Positions 1 through 11,938 of a stretch of 64,000 bases of DNA are shown piece after piece. The notes beneath the pieces were generated by a model. That model ran no database searches and was not told where the DNA came from. It saw nothing but the letters and a program-made list of their open reading frames with translations. Location of the stretch: NCBI RefSeq assembly GCF_000143415.4, contig NW_003314295.1, positions 933,038 through 997,037 of the forward strand. The letters run 5' to 3'. A program made the position numbers and the translations under genes. This stretch comes from Selaginella moellendorffii. Lineage: Eukaryota > Plantae > Lycopodiophyta. Every line of letters starts with the position of its first letter. Positions within the stretch are counted from its first letter, which is position 1.

Positions 1-3000
1 AAAAACTCATATAAATAAAATGGTATACTAAAAGCAATTTTGGGAATTATTTAGCTACAACCACATAGCATCAAGCAACTACACCAATTTCTACTCTAAA
101 GTCAAATAAGGAGGAGGTATAAATATAAACAAAAAGACGAAAAGCAAAAGAGAAAAAATGGAAAAAGCTAAAAGATATCTAAATAATGCAAAAAGCTAAA
201 TTTAAACCAAAATCACAAATTTAAACACTCCTGAAGGACAATCAAAACTACTCCAGATTAACCCAAAAACCCTAGTTTATATATAAGAGTGATTTAAAAC
301 AAATCCAATAGCTATCAAAATCCCTGCTAATATACGGCTGTACACTTATTAATTTACAAGTTACTTTTATTAGATTGTTATGTAGGACATGAAATTCAAA
401 TTAAAAATTAAAAATCTAAATATTATTTCTTTGTATGTTATAAATCTTCAATCTAAATAAATTAAAAACATATTTATCTCCTTATGAAGAACTGTTCAAA
501 AGCTGAATCAAGACCCGTTTCGAAAAACTATCTCATTATAATTACCACTTTCATCCTTATTCTGGCACCATTGGAGAAGGAGACTCTTCCACTTTCAACC
601 TTATTCTGGCAGCATTGGAGAAGGAGACTCTTCCACGTGGTGCTTGTTGATGCCATGGCCTTCTGCTTCATTGTTGTTCTATCCACAGCCATATGTCTGA
701 AGATAGATAACTTAAGCTTGCCAAAATTGCATAGAGATAAAAACAAAGTTCAAACTAAAATTAAAAACAAAAAAGAAAGAGAAAAGGAATTAAAGCAAAC
801 AAAAAAGGTGGATATTTGTTTTCTTTCTCTCTAGCGGGGGGATCTCTATGGCCTGGCAACGAACGAAACATCTGTGGGCATATATCGCAGTGTACCTTCT
901 GATGTGTATTGCCAATTTTGTTGGCATTGCTGGAGACTGGCCCGGACTTGACATTGATCAAACCACCTCGGCCTTTAATTTTTTGTTTGCGAGTAGAAGG
1001 CTGGATTGGCATGTTTCCCAAACGCCAAGTCCCGGGGACGTGCCTCAACACAGTTCCTTCCTTTGATCACCAAGTGGAGGCCCATGGCAAGATTTTCCTC
1101 TAGATATTAATATTATAGTCTGGTGCTTGTTTTCTTTCACAAGGAAGCAATTTTGCATATTTTGTATTTAATAATACTAAGTATTTTTCTTGTGGAGACA
1201 AATGCGGTCGTTTGTCACTGCCAGGGAGCGCTGGAAATATTCCATCCCCAAAAGTTTCAGTCGTGGTCAGACGGAACAAGCAACCCAGAGGACGATTTCT
1301 AAGATTCCTTTGCGACCCGACAATATGCGCCTCTCGGGGACGATAGACACAATGCGATTAGCTTGTTTCTTTTAATATGGTTTCGTGGAGAGAGTCAAGG
1401 TTGGAAGCAAAACATGGGAGGATCTCTATGGAATCTGCCAGACGATTGCAAATATTTTTAAAACTATCAACGGGGATCATCGATCGCTCTGCCTTTACGT
1501 TGACATTGTCTAAAAGTGTAATCGCACAAAATCCATGCACAGCGCGTGCACTACACTCCACACACATCGCTTAACAGGGCTCTGGATAGACGAGTTCGTT
1601 AATCTATAGCACCAACAACAGTTAAGAGAAGCTTCCCATATTATTCTTCCAGAGCATCCAAAGCTCACTCATCATGTAACAGGATGCAAGAACTTTAGGG
1701 TTCTTCGCAGCCAGCCATACTTTTTGGAGGTAAGTTTGCCTGCCACCTTACGCACGAGTTGTGTAAAATCTATATTCCCATCGATCGTGGAAGAGGTTCC
1801 CCACAGAAACAACTGCTGGTTTGCGTGGGATTCCTCTGAGAAAGCTATTGAAGAGGAATATAAAGTGGGGCTGGCTGGCCATCACTGGAGTGGTGAGCAT
1901 CATCAAACTCACTATAAGGTGTGAATTTCAATCAATCAGGCACATATATATTTATATCTATCGCGCCAAAGAGAAAAGAGTCCTAGAGAATGCTGTCTAT
2001 CATGAACAATCTCTCCACAAGAGGGAAAAGGAAAGCATGGCAGGCAAAACATCCTCCAGAAACTCGAAAGAGAGGAGGGCAAGAAAGATGCCCTCCATTT
2101 ATGTGGCGCACCCAAGAAAAAACGCAACGTATCAAAAGTTCCCGGTGTAGATCATGCGTTGGATGGCCGCCATTGCGAAGTCAATGGGAGGAAGCTGAAG
2201 AAGAAGAAGAAGAAGAAGGGGAGAATCTACGGGAGGGAAGCATCTCCTGACCGCGTCCTTTGAATGTTCAAACAGGAAAAAACGAGAAAAAATCCACGCG
2301 AGTTTTGCTGGTTTCTCTCTGTTTGTTTGTTTTGGTTTGATCGATAAGCATTGCTTTGTTGATGTCCCCAAAGATGAGTAGTGTAATCCTGATTCCCATA
2401 TATTCCCAGTGTTATAGAAATGGCGATAGCCTTGTTTTGATTGATCATCTTGATTTCTTACTGTTGCCTCTCCATTGTTTATGGTGTGTGTCTTTGGTTG
2501 GTGTGATCGATCAATCGCGCAGCAACGACAAACGATGTTCCAGCCAGCATGCCCCTGTGAGGAAATTGGAGAAGCATCCAAATAATAGATTCCGCCACCC
2601 AAAACAAGGCTGCACATTGTCCCGTTGTCGTTTGATTCCTGCTTAGAGGCAATCACGTATTCAAGAAGCGCGGGGTATCAAAGATTCTAAAGAAATAATG
2701 GATGCCAACAACAACGGGTTGGAAAAAAGAATTCCATGCAATCAGTCGCGAAAATCAAACGCAAGACGACGCGCTCAAGGGCTTTGTCACGTTGCTCCGC
2801 AATTTTCCACTGCCATACAAAAACGCCATCAATCCTCTTGACTTAGAGCAAAAATATATCAAGTTCTTCATTCTTTGCTGGCAACCATGGAATGCAAGAT
2901 CGGAAGAAGCAAAAGCACTGGTAACTTGGTGAATTTACCCTAACAGGAAAGGTGGTGGAGCAAAGAATGCTTAGAAAAGAGGAAGATGCCTCTCCCTGGG

Positions 3001-3524
3001 TTGATATCCCCAATGCGCTTTCTTTGCTTGGAATTCTCCTGAGAGTGGCAGACCAAATATAAAATAGGACCCCACAAACCAAGTAGAGCACATAAGCCTC
3101 TCTAAGCAAAGCGCGGAGCAAGGCAAGGCATCCAAGGGGGCATCTTTCCTGGCTTTAGATTTCTTGGACGACGGATCGATACACCCCAAAATTCCCTTGC
3201 CAGTTGCATCGCATCACTAGTCCTGGTGAAAGAAAGAGGGAATAATCACCTGGAGCAAGAGGGCACCTTCTTTCTCTTTTCTTTCTAATCTCTGTGGAGA
3301 GATTACCAAAGATTCCTTCTCCTCCTTCCTATACTCCCACTCCTTATATAATTGGAGGGAGAGATTTGGAGAAATTGTCAACCGCAAAGCCACTCTTTCT
3401 TCTTTCCCTCATCGCTGCGCGGCGCGCTCTCTTTGTTTTATATTTCTCGCTGGAGGGGGCGTGGATGGATTCACTTTTTAGATAGTTCCAGAAGAAGAAG
3501 AAGAAGATCCCAGGCAAGAAAATT

Positions 3525-5474
3525 ATGCTCGATGGCTACTCCAAGGAGGGAGTGATTGTCGGGCAGAATTGGGGATCGTCCTCCTCGATCATCATCGACG
3601 ACACCGAGGAGGAAGATCGCAGCAACCAGCAGGCCAAGCGATCGGCGATGGTGGACATGATCCAGGCGGCTCACCAGGCCCATCCCTCCCAGCTCGGTGG
3701 ATCTTACAGTGGCTTCTTCCATCCCGGCTCGGGAGGAGGAGGAGGGGGTGACGAATTCGATCGTCGCAGCGCGGGTTACATACCTTCGCAGTGGCCGAAT
3801 CCCTTTCTCAAGTACTACCACACCAATTCCAGGGAAGGGGAAGGAACAGAGAAGCCATTGGATGATCTTGCCAGCAGTAAGATCCATGTCTTCCAGCGGG
3901 AGATCGAGATTTCCAGCGCCACCAGCGCGCCCGATCTCAAGATCCTCTTCCCCAAGTCGTCATCCTTGGTTCGCCACCACGAAAGGAAGAAGAAGAAGAG
4001 GCTCGTCGATGGCGACGATGATCCCGATCTCCTGAGCTTGCGCCCGCCCAATTCCGCCCACTCGGACACCACCACCACCACCACCGCCACCAACGCTAGC
4101 AGCTCGCCCGATCGCGAGAGCTCCATCATCGCCCACAACCAGAGCCTCTTCCACAAGCCCGCCCAGGTGGAGCTCCCGCGACCAAATCACATCGATCTCC
4201 CGCGATTGGATCCTCCGGGACACCACCAGGCGCTGGGATTGGAGCTCCTCAACGTGCTCCTCGAGTGCGCCCAGGCCGTGCATCGCCAAGACCTAGACTC
4301 CGCCACCACCCTCCTCGCCCAGCTCAAGCACGGCGCCTCCGTCTATGGCGACTCAATGCAGCGCCTCACCGCCCACTTCGCCGAGGGCCTGGCGACGCGG
4401 ATCCTCCACCACCGCCACTCCGCCACCGCCGCGCAGCTCCTCCCGCCCGCCAAGCTCGACCTCCTCCACAGCCTCATCCTCCACCGCCCCGCCGCCAGCC
4501 CCGCCGCCGCGGACGATCACCTGGCCGCCTTCACGGCGCTCTACAAGGTGTCGCCCTTCTTCAAGCTCGCCCACTTCACGGCCAACCAGGCGATCGTGGA
4601 GGCGGTGGCCGGGCGCGCTAGGGTTCATGTCATCGACCTCGACATCCTCCAGGGATTCCAGTGGCCGAGCTTCATCCAGGCGCTGGCCAGCCGCTCCGGA
4701 GGCCCGCCATCGCTGCTCACGCTCACGGGCATCGGATCCAGCGCGGAATCGCTGCGCGACACGGGCAATCGCCTCTCGAGCTTCGCCGCCATGTTTGGCG
4801 TGCCCTTTCGATTCCAGCCCCTGGTGGTGGGCAGCCTCGAGGAGCTGGATTTGGGGGCGAGGATCGAACCCCGGACCGGCAATGGCGAGGTCGACGATAT
4901 GGAGGAGGAGGAGGACGAGGAGGAGGAGGCGGTGGCCGTGAATGCCGTGTTCCAGCTCCACCGGTTGCTCAATGCGCCGCGGGAATCGCGCAAGCTGGAG
5001 CGATTCCTGGCGGGGCTGCGGCGGATCCGTCCCGCGGCGGTGACCGTCGTGGAGCAGGAGGCGGCGCACAACGCCCCGGACTTCATCGCGCGCTTCGTGG
5101 AGGCGCTCCACTACTACGCCGCGGTGTTCGATTCGCTGGACGCGTCGCTGCCGCAGCGCGACGAGGAGAGGGTCCGGATCGAGCAGGTGATGTTCGCGGC
5201 GCAGATCAAGAACATCGTGTCGTGCGAGGGGGCGGAGCGGATCGAGCGGCACGAGAAGATGGGGTTTTGGGCGGGCAAGATGGGCGAGTGTGGCTTCGCG
5301 CAGGCGCCCATGAGCTCGCACTCGGTGAGCCAGGCCAAACTGCTCCTCCAGCTCTGCCCCTGCGATGGATACCGGGTGGTGGAATCGCCGTGCGAGGGGT
5401 GGCCGGTGGGATCGATCTCTCTCGGCTGGCAGCAGCGATTGCTCCTCACAGCCTCGACGTGGGGTTGCGCTTGA
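3525..5474 (+). CDS. GRAS transcription factor, RAM1-like (intronless, 649 aa)
   Basis: LHRI (LLNVLLECAQAV, GDSMQRL), VHIID (PFFKLAHFTANQAIVEA..RVHVIDLDILQGFQWP), PFYRE (VEQEAAHNAPDFIARFVEALHYYAAVFDSLD) and SAW (NIVSCEGAERIERHE..LGWQQRLLLTASTW) motifs. The wording closely follows legume RAM1 as I recall it. Confidence 0.93.
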   Translation: MLDGYSKEGVIVGQNWGSSSSIIIDDTEEEDRSNQQAKRSAMVDMIQAAHQAHPSQLGGSYSGFFHPGSGGGGGGDEFDRRSAGYIPSQWPNPFLKYYHTNSREGEGTEKPLDDLASSKIHVFQREIEISSATSAPDLKILFPKSSSLVRHHERKKKKRLVDGDDDPDLLSLRPPNSAHSDTTTTTTATNASSSPDRESSIIAHNQSLFHKPAQVELPRPNHIDLPRLDPPGHHQALGLELLNVLLECAQAVHRQDLDSATTLLAQLKHGASVYGDSMQRLTAHFAEGLATRILHHRHSATAAQLLPPAKLDLLHSLILHRPAASPAAADDHLAAFTALYKVSPFFKLAHFTANQAIVEAVAGRARVHVIDLDILQGFQWPSFIQALASRSGGPPSLLTLTGIGSSAESLRDTGNRLSSFAAMFGVPFRFQPLVVGSLEELDLGARIEPRTGNGEVDDMEEEEDEEEEAVAVNAVFQLHRLLNAPRESRKLERFLAGLRRIRPAAVTVVEQEAAHNAPDFIARFVEALHYYAAVFDSLDASLPQRDEERVRIEQVMFAAQIKNIVSCEGAERIERHEKMGFWAGKMGECGFAQAPMSSHSVSQAKLLLQLCPCDGYRVVESPCEGWPVGSISLGWQQRLLLTASTWGCA

Positions 5475-6924
5475 GAGCCACGATCGAGAGATCTATTTTC
5501 GATCGATCGAGTGGTATAGCGAGCAGAGTATCGTCAAGAAACGCAGAATTTCTTGGAAGAGTTTTGGAGAGGAGGGGGTTTTGGGAGAATCTACACAGTA
5601 CATAAAAGAAAGATGTTTATAGAGAGGATGGAGAATTCAATTCGAGCACCTTTTCAGCAAACATCTCGGAGCTTGCTAGCTCAAGAACTATTCAAATTTG
5701 GACCGTTGGATTGGGATGGCTGGAGCCGTCGGATCCGCCTTCGTCCTCTAGCGCGGAAGGGCAAATTCCTCCCGTCGATCTGGGTCAAGACGTCGAAGTG
5801 CCTGAATCCGATGTGACGCGCGCCCGCCAGCGCGATCGCCCAGGACCACAGTAGCTCCTCCAAATCTGATGCCTGCTCCCTCCACCACGACCGAAGATGC
5901 GTCCCCTGTTTTTAGGGTTCTTCGCAGGAGAGCCGTCCCTTTCCCCGATTTCTTTCACATTCTTTTCTCTCCGGAGCGAATCTCTCCCGGGGCAGACGAC
6001 CACATGTTTACGTATGCGCGGATTCGACTCTAAAGTTCTCTGTTCTTTAGCTGGGGATTGATTTTTTCTCGATTGTGCCAAGTTTGTAAGGGACAAGCTT
6101 TGCTGATCTTCGCGAACAAACAAAAAATGGGACGATGGAGAGATTGAGGAGGAGGAAGAAGAAACCTTTTTTTTATCCTTGTGTGCTCCCCCACTCGCTC
6201 GCTCGCGCGATTGCGCAAGGCAGAAGATTCCCCTTCTAATGGGATCTGTGATGATTTGGAGAGAGCGGCCATGATTCGGAATAAAAAGTGTTGGCAGCAA
6301 GAAAAAGAGGAGGAAATCAGAAGAATTCCAATTTCCCATGATACCTTGATTCGCTGCCGCACCCATTGTGGAAAGGGCTGCTGCATTACAGTCAACTTCG
6401 CAAAAATACGGCAACAGGGAAAATTCCCAAGGAAAAGAAAAGGTGGTGGATTCCGAGTCAAGTAGCTTGTATGTGATACCCTTTTTCTGGCACCTTGACA
6501 ATTGTACGGAAGTGGACACAGGAGAACAAAGAAAGGCAAAGGCCTCGAATTTCCACGCTTTGTTGTTGGTGTTGGTGTTGCAAAAGTTGCTGGGTCCATC
6601 CAATGGTTTTCACGAGGAGAATTTTTCCATTCTTTTTAGTGGCAGCTGCGGCAAGGAGTGCCGCCATTTGGCTCCTTGAAGAATCCAGATCCCAAGTTGT
6701 CTCCACTTCTGGAACTGTTCCCTCTTTGTCAAGAGATTTGCCAACTTTTTTATTGCTTTGATACTTTTTTGCTTGTGCTGTGCCAATATCATTGAGGCAT
6801 TGCCTTCCGTACGCTCTAGTGCTAGAAATGGATGGATATCTCTTTTTCTTTTCTTTTAGCTGGAAGATGGAAGATATAGACTGATGATCGAGAGATTCCA
6901 CGTAAAAAAAACTCAAGCTTTCTT

Positions 6925-8934
6925 CTAGGCGATCATGGTATACGGCTCCGGCGACTTCTTCTTCTCCGCGAGCTTCTTCTCGATCCTGGACGCGAGATCC
7001 CCGTCGCATTTCCGGAAGAGACCCATTTGACGCTCTTGGATGAACTCGGCGGCTCCGCGGATGTGGTTTGCGATGTTTGACACGGTTTGCTCCTTGTCTT
7101 CCTCGGACATGAGTTTCCAGAGCATACGGGGCTGCTCGTAGTCGTCCTGTTCTTCCCATTTTCTTGGAGGGAACCGGTCAACTGTTCCACCTTCATGCCT
7201 GCGTAGAAGAAGGAACAGGAATGTTAGAAGCTCCTTCCCGGAGATAGGAAACAAAAGCTTTGCTTACTCGTACGGGTGAACATCCGGCTGAGTCGGGTCG
7301 TTTCGAGGCAAGTTGTCGTACGAGTTCGGATAGTAATTGGGTTTGCTGCCGCCGTTGTCCGAGACAACCATCGCTCCATCTCGAGAATATGTCTGGACTT
7401 TCACAATGGGTTTGTTGATCGGAACCTGGATGGTGGTAGACACAAGCAGATCACATTTAGAATCTTTGGAAAAAGACATACGTTTATAAATTCTTACGTC
7501 GTGGAAGTTTGTCCCAATTCTGTATCGAGCAGCGTCGTCGTAAGCAAAGAGCCGGGACTGGAGTATACGGTCCGGGGAAGCCTCAATCCCAGGAACAAAG
7601 CTTCCTGGAGAGAATGCCGCTTGCTCCACTTCCGCGTGATAGTTTTCGACATTTCTATCGAGAACGAGCCTGCCAACTTCCATGAGGGGATAATCCTTGT
7701 GCAACCACACCTGAAATCCACGTCCTTGAAAAACAGAAGAAGAAGAAAACTTGTGTCACATACCTTTGTCAAGTCGAAAGGATCCCACTTATACTTTGGA
7801 GCGTCCTCCAGCGGCATGACTTGGACGCAGAACTTCCAGGCCGGGAAGTTCCCTTCCTCTATGCTAGTCAAGAGATCCTCGGTCGCGTAGTCTGGTTTAG
7901 ACCCCGAGAGACTCACGGCCTCTTCGTGGGTCAAGTTTTTGATGCCGTGCTCCGTGACGAGATGGAACTTCACCCAGTGAGCTTTCCCCTCCTTGTTGAC
8001 CCACTTGAAAGTATGCGAGCCGTATCCGTTCATGTTTCTATACGTAGCCGGCACTCCTCGAGGCGAGAATGTGATCAAAAGCTTCACAAGGAGAATCGAC
8101 AAAGTTGATCAAAGTTACGCAAAGAGTTCTAAGTTACCTGATGCATGGACTCGGGAACCAAGCTCAGAAAATCCCAGAACGCGTTTGGATCTTTGGCGTT
8201 GGTCTTGGGGTTCCTCTTTTGCGAGTGGACAAAGTCGGGAAACTTGAGAGGGTCCCGGACCCAGAAAACTGGCGTGTTATTCCCGGTCATGTCCCAGTTC
8301 CCTTCCTCGGTGTAAAACTTAACCGCGAAGCCTCGGACATCTCGCGCAAGGTCGGTGAATCCACGCTCGGCCGCCACGCTCGAGAACCTGGCGAAAACGG
8401 GGGTCCTCTTTCCGGGCTCGCTCAAGAACTTGGCCTTGCACAAGTTTGATACGTCCCTACAAATGGCATGGAGTCCGAAACGTAAAAGAAACAAGCGAGC
8501 CGAGTAGCAGACTTACTTTGTAACTTCGAAGTATCCGTGAGCTCCGGCACCTTTGGCATGGACGACGCGCTCGGGAACTCTCTCACGGTTGAGCCGTGCT
8601 TGCTTCTCAAACAAATGGACGTCTTCAAACAAAAGGTGTCCACTCTGTCCTATAGTTACACTAGAGGAACACAAAGAAAAACAAAGCTTTCGATCGAATC
8701 CAAGAAAAAAAAACCAAAGCTTTTGATCGAATCCAAGCTTTGGGAAGAACCACAGTACCTGTTGTTATCGTCCGAGACTGGAGCTCCGGCGAGCGTGGTG
8801 TGGAGAGGCTTGCCCGAGCTTCCAACTCGCACGCTAGCGCTCTTGCTGTTGCCATTCGAGGCCTTGGATCCACTCTCGGCGTCCATGGAGCTTCTCACCT
8901 TGAACACTATGGAGGAAGCGCCCAGCGAGGCCAT
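6925..8934 (-). CDS. Monofunctional heme catalase, clade-3-like, 7 exons (approx. 8934-8759, 8660-8517, 8456-8138, 8081-7764, 7710-7498, 7425-7268, 7198-6925)
   Basis: The spliced reading gives [18 protein letters not shown] (distal His), [24 protein letters not shown] and [15 protein letters not shown] (proximal Tyr). GT-AG introns keep the frame. Confidence 0.95.
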
Positions 8935-9147
8935 TCTTTAAAATACCGTCGCTGGCGCCACGCTCTAAAGTACTATACACCGGCGCCGGACGTGGCGCCG
9001 CGAAGATGGCACAAATTGGCAGAGCCATGTCCTCACACTCGGAGTTCCATCGTCGCTACACCTAGCATTTGACAAGAAAACGAAAGCTGGGGTTAGACCT
9101 AGAAAGTGATCGTGATGATCCCGCGAAGTTTCTAATCCAAATGCTTC

Positions 9148-10794
9148 ATGAGATGCCTGGCATCCATCGCCGATCGCCCAGCAGACAAGATCACCCGCAT
9201 TGCGCGATTCGATGACTTGGGCTTGGGTTCCAAGAACAAGGATTACTTGGCGTGGGACGCGATGCTCATTGACTATGCCAGCTACCGGCACTGCGAGGAG
9301 GCCAAGGCGGCGTTTGATTCCATGCCGGCGCACACTCTAGTCTCTTGGAACGTTCTTCTCAATGCGTTTGGGCGATCTGAGCTCGTCGATAGAGCAAAAG
9401 AAGTCTTCTATTCAATGCCGCGGAGAGATCTGGTGACCTGGAACTCCATGCTCACGGCATATGCCCACAATGGGCATTTGGAGCTCGCAAAGATTTTGTT
9501 TGACCAGATGCCGCTGAGAACACTCGTCTCCTGGACAGTCCTTTTGGTGGCGTTTGCAAGCTCTTCTTTTGCAGATGAAGCAGAGAGGATCTTTACTCAA
9601 ATGCCGGAGAGAGATCTGGTTTGCTTCAATGCGATGCTCGCGCAATACGCCAAGCTTGGGCGAATCGATCAAGTCAAGAGCTTGTTTCATGCAATGCCCG
9701 CCCGATGTTTACTCTCATACACAGCGCTCCTAACTTGCTACGCACAAAGCCTCAAGCTGGGAGACGTTAATCTTGTTCTAAGCTCCATGCCCGAGACCGA
9801 TGTAATTTCCTGGACCATTGCTCTGACAGCAAATGCCCAGGTAGGGCATCTGGAGAGCGCCAAGCACATCTTCAAAAGCATGCCCGCAAGGAGCTTGTTT
9901 GCGTGGGCGGTGATGATCAACGCTTACGGAAGCAACCTCTGTCTTTCAGAAGCTCAGGGTTTGTTTGATACGGCACCGTTTCTGAACCTTGTGCTTTGCA
10001 ACTCAATTCTTGCAGCAAATGCCCGTTGTGGGCATCTTGAGCAAACGCAAGAAACCTTCAACCAGATGCCAGAGAAGGACATTATCTCGTGGAACACCCT
10101 CTTGGGCGCGTTTGTCCTGGCCGGAAGACCACGCGACGCCAGCGATCTCTTCTCCAGGATGGAATTCGCCGATGCCATCTCCTGGACACTAATGCTAGCT
10201 GCCGCCCCATCGATCGCCCACGCTGAGCTTCTCTTCGAGCAAATCCCGGAGAAGAGTAGCGCGTGCTGGGACGCCATGCTCTCGTCCTACGCTCGATCCG
10301 GCCGGCTGGAGCTCACCCGCAAGCTCTTCGATCGCCTGCCATCCAAGAGCGAGTTCTCGTGGAGCACCATCCTCAGCTCTTACAGCGCCAGCTCCGAACA
10401 CCATCGCCAAACTTTCGAGCTCTTCGATCTGATGAAGATGGACCAGGAACCTTGCGAAGTTTGCTTCGTGTCGCTGCTCATCGCTTGCAGCCATGGAGGG
10501 AGCGTGGCCCGCGGCCGACACCACTTCGTCTTGATGGGATTCGACTATGGCCTCACTCCCACCAAGCAAAACTTTTGCTGCATGATTGATCTCCTGGCTC
10601 GAGCTGGGCATCTGGAGGACGCCAGAGATCTCGTCGACCATATGCCTTTCCGGCCGTGCTCTCTCGACTGGACTTGCTTGCTTGGAGCTTGGAGAACTTA
10701 CAATGGTCCTGCCAATGCGAAAGAAGTCCTGGCATTCAATCCTTCTTCGCCATCTTCTTATTCTCTCGTTGCAAACATCTGTTCTTCGAGGTAA
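9148..10794 (+). CDS. Pentatricopeptide repeat protein, PLS class with partial E domain (intronless)
   Basis: Repeated ~31-aa units (FDQMP.RDLVSWNSML.AYA..GH.E.AK). The end reads FVSLLIACSHGG..CMIDLLARAGHLEDARDLVDHMPF..W..LLGA. No DYW domain. Confidence 0.93.
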   Translation: MRCLASIADRPADKITRIARFDDLGLGSKNKDYLAWDAMLIDYASYRHCEEAKAAFDSMPAHTLVSWNVLLNAFGRSELVDRAKEVFYSMPRRDLVTWNSMLTAYAHNGHLELAKILFDQMPLRTLVSWTVLLVAFASSSFADEAERIFTQMPERDLVCFNAMLAQYAKLGRIDQVKSLFHAMPARCLLSYTALLTCYAQSLKLGDVNLVLSSMPETDVISWTIALTANAQVGHLESAKHIFKSMPARSLFAWAVMINAYGSNLCLSEAQGLFDTAPFLNLVLCNSILAANARCGHLEQTQETFNQMPEKDIISWNTLLGAFVLAGRPRDASDLFSRMEFADAISWTLMLAAAPSIAHAELLFEQIPEKSSACWDAMLSSYARSGRLELTRKLFDRLPSKSEFSWSTILSSYSASSEHHRQTFELFDLMKMDQEPCEVCFVSLLIACSHGGSVARGRHHFVLMGFDYGLTPTKQNFCCMIDLLARAGHLEDARDLVDHMPFRPCSLDWTCLLGAWRTYNGPANAKEVLAFNPSSPSSYSLVANICSSR

Positions 10795-10853
10795 ATGTGG
10801 CCGAAAACAACATCCCGGTCAGCGTTTTGTTCGTTATCACGTAGAACTTACCG

Positions 10854-11805
10854 CTAGAGCTTGACGAAGACTCGGAGTTCGCCTCTGTCTCCTCGAGTGA
10901 TTCGGAAGTCATCATCCAGGTAACTCACGGTGAATAGTCCACTGGAAGATGAACGCAAGAAGTCTGGTAACCTCGGAAGGTCGAGCGGTGGCAGCTCGCT
11001 TAGAACTCCCAAGCCTTTGATGGATGTTTTGTCAAAGATGATCTTCACGCTTGCTCCGCCTACATATATAACTATGTTGCATCGAACCATCAGATGGATT
11101 AAGCTAAGCAAACCTGGAAGCTCAAAGGTATGAGCTAGTGTGGCTCTCGTCTCCAGTGGTGGCAAGGGCCAAGGTGTTGGGGCCCGAAACTCAACAATGT
11201 TGTCGAACTCGCGGCTTAATACATCGATTCTTTGGTACACCTTGTGAGCAAAAAAAAAAAACAAAGTAAAAAACTTTCACCAAAGAGATTCAAAGAGAAA
11301 CTAAAAGAGTACCGGACCAAGTGTCAGAGGAAATCTCGCCGCTCGAGGCCCAGGCCTGCTGCCTCCCAGATTTCCGGAAGCAAAGGCACTGCTATAGACA
11401 AGCCTCCATTTCCCTTGCAACTTATCAAGATCACGAGGCAGCTCAATTTTATCCCCAGCGTCCTCGAGTCTCTTGGAAGCAAGGTCGGCAGCTTCAACAT
11501 CATCGTCACTTGCGAAAATGCCTCTGTCCAACCCGGCAACCACACTCTGTGAAGAGGAAATTCGTTAGCAAAGAAAGAAAAAGAGAGTAAAATTTCTAGA
11601 TAAAGGGACAACTTACCAGGAGGTCAGCCTTCAGTGCTTTGGCTTCGAGAGAGGAAGAGGGCGAATTGACATCCGTTGCTGCTGCTGCTGAAAAGCATAT
11701 CAGATTTTCTCTTGCTGTATGCTTGTTCGATTTTCTTCTGCTGGACAAGTGTGAGCGATGATGATGCCATCGAGGCAGTGAATGAATGAATGCAACTGTA
11801 GTCAT
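10854..11805 (-). CDS. Plastid lipid-associated protein / fibrillin (FBN6-like), multi-exon
   Basis: Transit-peptide-like N-terminus, then GKWRLVYSSAFASGNLGGSRPGP, VYQRIDVLSREFDNIVE and C-terminal YLDDDFRITRGDRGELRVFVK. Confidence 0.88.
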
Positions 11806-11938
11806 CGAACCTAAGTGTAAGACGAACACCGACCAAAGTACAGCAAGTAACTTAAGCTGTGAGAATATTTCTTATTGCTGAAAAATAAATGAGATGTATA
11901 AGTAATCAACTTTTGAGCAGAACCTGGCTTATTCGATC

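Noticed and set aside
3815-5605. Long overlapping and antisense ORFs over the GRAS gene (e.g. 4353-5321, 4661-5605)
   Set aside because: Shadow ORFs from high GC3 codon usage, with no recognisable domains. The same applies over the GPS and PKS-like genes.
5785-6603. 272-aa minus-strand ORF between GRAS and catalase
   Set aside because: Non-ATG start, no recognisable motif, and composition typical of non-coding DNA. A small gene or lncRNA here cannot be excluded.
8651-8758. Possible micro-exon in catalase intron 1
   Set aside because: The acceptor at 8661 restores the frame ([12 protein letters not shown]), so none is needed.
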